From positions 1 through 11,227 of the forward strand of contig CAZEBC010000132.1 of NCBI GenBank assembly GCA_964510165.1: 11,227 bases of DNA, read 5' to 3'. The notes below the pieces were generated by a model. That model was not told where the DNA came from, did no database searches, and saw only the letters and a list, made by a program, of their open reading frames with translations. The translations under genes and the position numbers were made by a program. Shown here one piece after another: positions 7,823 through 11,227 of this stretch; position 1 is the first letter of the stretch; every line of letters begins with the position of its first letter. This stretch comes from an uncultured bacterium (GTDB lineage: Bacteria; Abyssobacteria; SURF-5).

Positions 7823-7887
7823 CCTTTTGGAATCGTCGTACAACACTGCGCGAATCGCTATGCCAATGGTAACAAGAGGAATGAAAT

Positions 7888-10125
7888 ATGAATGACTGGA
7901 AGAAAACCACATGCGTGCTCTGTGCGGTGAACTGCGGTTTGGAGGTCCAGACCGAGGGAAACCGAATTGCCAAGGTTAGGCCCGACAAGGACTGTCCTCG
8001 CAGCCAGGGATATGCGTGCCGCAAAGGGCTATCTATCGCCTATTTTCAGAGCCACGCCCAGAGGCTTACCCATCCGCTCAAGAGGGTCGGAGACAAGTTC
8101 GAGAGAATCTCATGGCAACAGGCCACAAGCGAGATCGCCGCGAGGTTAAAGGAGATTGTAGCGACTCACGGCCCCAAATCGTTCGCGTACATGGGAGGTG
8201 GCGGACAGGGCTGCCATCTTGAGGCCGCGTTCGGCGTTCGGCTCTTGAGGGCGCTTGGTTCGCGCTACCATTACTCCGCGCTCGCGCAGGAACTGACCGG
8301 CTTCTTCTATGTTCAGGGCGAAGCCCTCGGGCGTCAATACCTCCATGTGTTCCCCGACGTCGAGCGCACCGACGTCCTTGTCCTTTGGGGCAGCAACGCA
8401 TGGCGCAGCCACGGGATGAACCGTGCCCGGCCCGAGCTCATGCGCTTGAGCAAAGACCCGAACAAGCTTCTGATTGTGATTGACCCGTGCAAGACCGAGA
8501 CCGCAATGCGCGCAAACATTCATCTCGCTCCGCGGCCCGGCACCGACGCGCTGCTCCTTAAGGCGATGATCGCCATGATTCTTGACGACCGCATATATGA
8601 CGAGGAGTATGTGGAGGAATCTACGACTGGCTTTAGCGAAATTCTGCCGCTTTTCTCAAATTTCGACGTGAGCGAGGCGCTCAAAGTATGCGAGCTTGAT
8701 GAGCGCGAGGTGCGCGAGGTGGTCCACCTGCTCGCGGCCAATCGGTGCAGCTTCCGCTCCGACCTCGGCCTGCTCATGGGACGCAGCAGCACCATGAATT
8801 CGTATCTCGAGATGATTCTGATCAATCTGCTCGGGAACATTGGAAAACCCGGAGGCAACGTCTTCCTCGGACACCTTGTCCCACTCGGCTCACACACGCC
8901 CATCGAAGACCCCGCCAACTGGCGGACCGTCGAGGCCGGCTTCCCCGCGATCATGGGCGTGTACCCGCCAAATGTCGTGCCCGAGGAAATCCTGAGCGAC
9001 AAACCGGAGCGTTTGCGCGCGGTCCTTGTCAGCGGCTCGAACCCGCTCATCACGTACGCGGACACACACGCATACGAGGAAGCCTTCAAGAAACTGGACC
9101 TGCTGGTGACCGTCGAAGTCGCGATGACCGAGACCGCCCAGTCGTCCCACTACGTCCTGCCCGCCAAGTCCGCATACGAGAAATGGGATGCGTCGTTCTT
9201 CTCCTGGAAATATCCCGAATACTATTTCCATTTGCGACGGCCCGTGTGCGAATGGCTCGGCGAACCCAGGGAGGAAGCCGAGATATACACCGACCTCGCG
9301 GAGGCGCTCAGCGTGATTCCCGCCTATCCGCGAGAGTTAGAGGAACTCGCCTCCGGCGACCGCATGGCGTACGGAATGGCATTGATGGACTACCTCGCCG
9401 AGAATCCGAAGAGCGCCGATATGCTGCCGTTCATCGTAGCGAAGACCCTCGGCAAGGCGCTCGGCTCGCCCGCATTGTCCCTGGTATGGGCGATTTTGAA
9501 CCGGTATTGCCAAACTGCCGGCCCCAAGCTTGAACGCGCGGGGTATACCCTCTCCCCCGCTCTCGGCGACGAGCTTTTCGAGAAGATGCGCACTACCCCG
9601 GGCGATATGCTGCTCGGCGTGCAAGATATGGAAAACAATCTCACCGAGAACATCAAGACCTACGATAGAAAGGTGCATCTGCACATACCCGCGTTGGACG
9701 CATGGCTTGCCGAAATCAACCCGACAGATGAATCGAAGGCTCTGGAAACTCCGGGCTACCCGATGACGCTCGTTGCGGGCGAGCGCACCGACTTCAACGC
9801 CAACTCTCTCATGCGCGACCCCGACTGGACCGCCGGCACGCGCGCCTGCACGATGAAGGTTCATCCCGAAGACGCGAAAAGCCTCGGGCTTGAGACCGGC
9901 ATGACGGCGCGCATCGAGACCGAGGCAGGTTCGCTCGATGTGTCGGTCGAGGTCAGCGGAGTGCCGCGACGCGGAATGGTTATCATTCCCCACGGTTTCG
10001 GCATGGAGTACCGCGGGCACACTGACGGCGTGAACGTGAACTGTCTCACTCCCGCTCGCAACCGCGACCGTCTCGCGGCCACACCCTTGCACCGGTTCGT
10101 GCCATGCAAAGTCTCGAGAATATGA
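7888..10125 (+). CDS. Molybdopterin-dependent oxidoreductase, DMSO reductase family catalytic subunit (cytoplasmic, 4Fe-4S)
   Basis: N-terminal CVLCAVNC...CRKG Fe-S motif, WGSN, VIDPCKTETA, PRPGTDA, GSNP, MTETA..SHYVLPA, and a C-terminal dinucleotide-binding domain (HPEDA..LGL, IPHGFG, NVN.LT). No Tat signal. Confidence 0.92.
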   Translation: MNDWKKTTCVLCAVNCGLEVQTEGNRIAKVRPDKDCPRSQGYACRKGLSIAYFQSHAQRLTHPLKRVGDKFERISWQQATSEIAARLKEIVATHGPKSFAYMGGGGQGCHLEAAFGVRLLRALGSRYHYSALAQELTGFFYVQGEALGRQYLHVFPDVERTDVLVLWGSNAWRSHGMNRARPELMRLSKDPNKLLIVIDPCKTETAMRANIHLAPRPGTDALLLKAMIAMILDDRIYDEEYVEESTTGFSEILPLFSNFDVSEALKVCELDEREVREVVHLLAANRCSFRSDLGLLMGRSSTMNSYLEMILINLLGNIGKPGGNVFLGHLVPLGSHTPIEDPANWRTVEAGFPAIMGVYPPNVVPEEILSDKPERLRAVLVSGSNPLITYADTHAYEEAFKKLDLLVTVEVAMTETAQSSHYVLPAKSAYEKWDASFFSWKYPEYYFHLRRPVCEWLGEPREEAEIYTDLAEALSVIPAYPRELEELASGDRMAYGMALMDYLAENPKSADMLPFIVAKTLGKALGSPALSLVWAILNRYCQTAGPKLERAGYTLSPALGDELFEKMRTTPGDMLLGVQDMENNLTENIKTYDRKVHLHIPALDAWLAEINPTDESKALETPGYPMTLVAGERTDFNANSLMRDPDWTAGTRACTMKVHPEDAKSLGLETGMTARIETEAGSLDVSVEVSGVPRRGMVIIPHGFGMEYRGHTDGVNVNCLTPARNRDRLAATPLHRFVPCKVSRI

Positions 10126-10181
10126 TTACCTGCAAAAATGAGCGTCATAAGGACTCAGTTGCCGAATCCCCTTTTCGAGGT

Positions 10182-10269
10182 TGTCCCGTAATTTGGTATT
10201 TGGTCGTAGGGCCGGCCCTGTGTGGCCGCCCGGGCGCCCACATAGGGGCGCCCCTACAATTACGGGACA
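10182..10269. mobile_element. Putative MITE-like element bounded by perfect 12-bp terminal inverted repeats
   Basis: TGTCCCGTAATT (10182-10193) and AATTACGGGACA (10258-10269) are exact reverse complements and enclose a REP doublet. No transposase in the window. Confidence 0.5.
10206..10257. repeat. Inverted doublet of GTAG-family REP sequences (REPIN-like)
   Basis: GTAGGGCCGGCCCTGTGTGGCCGCCC (10206-10231) and the reverse complement of 10232-10257 (GTAGGGGCGCCCCTATGTGGGCGCCC) are 22/26 identical. Each is GTAG followed by a GC hairpin. Confidence 0.75.
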
Positions 10270-10270
10270 G

Positions 10271-10309
10271 TCCCCCTTCCCCCCTTTCTAAGAGGGGGAG
10301 TAAGGGGGA
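10271..10309. repeat. C-tract/G-tract hairpin repeat (CCCCCTT...AAGGGGG type)
   Basis: TCCCCCTT (10271-10278) pairs with AAGGGGGA (10302-10309); inner CCCCCT (10280-10285) pairs with AGGGGG (10293-10298). Confidence 0.55.
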
Positions 10310-10360
10310 TTTCGAATGAACCGACATCACGTGATTACAACGTAGTACTGGGAAGCGCAC

Positions 10361-10861
10361 ATGACCGACGCCAAAAAGAAAATCGAAGCTCTGCGAAAGG
10401 ACCTGTTCCTGGCAACCGCCAACCGGGGCCTGGCCTACACCGCCATCTTGAGGGAATTGCGGAAGGAACTCGGAGACGAACGAGCGAGCGAAATCTTCAA
10501 GCGCGCCATATACAACCACGGCGCAAATGTTGCCAGACTCTTCAATCCCCCCAACACGCTCGCCGAGTTCAAGGACTGGCTGCTGGATTTCTTCCCCGAT
10601 GAAGGCGCGATGAACGAGCCCGAGGTCATCCGGTGCGACGAACACGAACTGGCCGTGAGGCTTCCCCGCTGCCCCCTCAAGGAGGGCTGGCGAATGTTCG
10701 GCCTCTCTGATGAGGAAGTCGCAGACATGTGCCGTCACGCCGACGCCTTCGACCACGGCTTTTTCGGCAGTTTCTTCGACTACGAGATGGAACTCTGGGC
10801 GAACCGGCCGGACGACGCCTGTGTGCTGCACTTCTGGCCAAAGGGGCACTCCCGGGTGTAG
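10361..10861 (+). CDS. L-2-amino-thiazoline-4-carboxylic acid hydrolase-like (ATC_hydrolase / V4R-like) small protein, function unknown
   Basis: 166 aa with a helical N-terminus (LRKELGDERASEIFKRAIYNHG), then RCPLKEGW..FG...MC..AD.FD and a C-terminal C-x-L-x-F, a pattern typical of this family. GGAAG RBS upstream. Confidence 0.7.
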   Translation: MTDAKKKIEALRKDLFLATANRGLAYTAILRELRKELGDERASEIFKRAIYNHGANVARLFNPPNTLAEFKDWLLDFFPDEGAMNEPEVIRCDEHELAVRLPRCPLKEGWRMFGLSDEEVADMCRHADAFDHGFFGSFFDYEMELWANRPDDACVLHFWPKGHSRV

Positions 10862-10927
10862 GCGCGAATACATTCGCACATGCATGCCCTCCGATAATCT
10901 CTCCAATGTGCGGACAGCTCCATCTCT

Positions 10928-10964
10928 ATCTGTAACCCATCTGTAACCCCTGCCGCGATACAAT
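10928..10964 (+). promoter_or_regulatory. Tandem 11-bp direct repeat (OmpR/PhoB-family box-like) followed by a -10 element
   Basis: Two exact copies of ATCTGTAACCC (10928-10938, 10939-10949), then TACAAT at 10959-10964. Confidence 0.5.
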
Positions 10965-11081
10965 TAGGGAAAAGAGGGAGAGGAATTATTGCCTGCGGCG
11001 CCCGCGTTTGCCTGCGAAACCGTGCGAGGTCCGACTCGCAATTCAGGTGGTTCCTTTCCTTCAAAACCACAGGGGGGAATC

Positions 11082-11227
11082 ATGGCGGTCTTCAAAATCT
11101 TCGAGGGACTACACAAACCCGAAATTGCGGACATTTTCGGCCTGGGCATCATTCACCCGATTGAGCAAGGAGCGGTGGTACTCCAAAAGGGCGATATCGG
11201 CCGTGAGATGTTCGTCATACTGACGGG
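11082..11227 (+). CDS. Cyclic-nucleotide-binding domain (Crp/Fnr-type) protein, 5' part only, truncated by the window end
   Basis: Not in the ORF track. My translation from ATG 11082 is MAVFKIFEGLHKPEIADIFGLGIIHPIEQGAVVLQKGDIGREMFVILTG, matching the cNMP-domain start (IFxGL, GxxxxxxGDxGxxMFVIxxG). Preceded by an AGGGGGG RBS-like tract. Confidence 0.8.
   Translation, partial: MAVFKIFEGLHKPEIADIFGLGIIHPIEQGAVVLQKGDIGREMFVILT

Noticed and set aside
7720-7870. Sigma54 -24/-12 promoters (TGGCAC near 7736 and TGGCAT near 7865, minus strand)
   Set aside because: GG-to-GC spacing is 9 and 11 nt rather than the required 10, and the first overlaps the start codon.
7731-7887. Glycine riboswitch upstream of the gcv operon
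   Set aside because: No GGAGA...CCGAAG...CUCUCAGG aptamer pattern on the minus strand, and the predicted leader is only about 15-25 nt.
7731-8024. N-terminal extension of the kinase ORF (270 aa in the track)
   Set aside because: It overlaps the divergent oxidoreductase gene and both promoters; the kinase fold begins at 7730/7721.
7888-10125. Formate dehydrogenase or selenoprotein call for the molybdoenzyme
   Set aside because: No Cys/Sec-His active-site motif and no in-frame TGA.
10182-10314. CRISPR array or intrinsic terminator
   Set aside because: The repeats are inverted, with no direct repeat-spacer periodicity, and the hairpins lack a clear following poly-U tract.
10864-10877. GCGAAT-AC-ATTCGC palindrome after the 10861 stop, as a terminator
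   Set aside because: Short stem with a 2-nt centre and no U-tract; insufficient support.
10145-10963. 272-aa minus-strand ORF
   Set aside because: Antisense to the ATC-hydrolase-like gene and runs through repeat DNA; no domain features.
10985-11050. c-di-GMP-I riboswitch (GGCAAAC on the minus strand) or tRNA
   Set aside because: Wrong orientation for the downstream gene, no GNRA loop or GACGCAAA motif, and no T-loop or anticodon arm pattern.

Overview
Bacterial genomic window; gene content suggests an anaerobic deltaproteobacterium (Desulfobacterota-like), which is an inference only. Positions 71-7730 hold a tightly coupled minus-strand operon in this order: shikimate-kinase-fold kinase, a ~880-aa GcvT-serine hydroxymethyltransferase (SHMT) fusion, gcvH, gcvPA, gcvPB, lipB, and a GcvR-like double-ACT protein. 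Back-to-back sigma70-like promoters separate it from a cytoplasmic DMSO-reductase-family molybdopterin oxidoreductase on the + strand. Next come a nested repeat region (GTAG REP doublet inside 12-bp terminal inverted repeats, plus a C/G-tract hairpin), an ATC-hydrolase/V4R-like small protein, and the truncated start of a cyclic-nucleotide-binding protein. That last gene has a Pho-box-like 11-bp tandem repeat and a structured leader upstream. The most interesting signals are the GcvT fusion to an archaeal-type SHMT and the coupled 'shikimate kinase' that lacks shikimate-binding residues.
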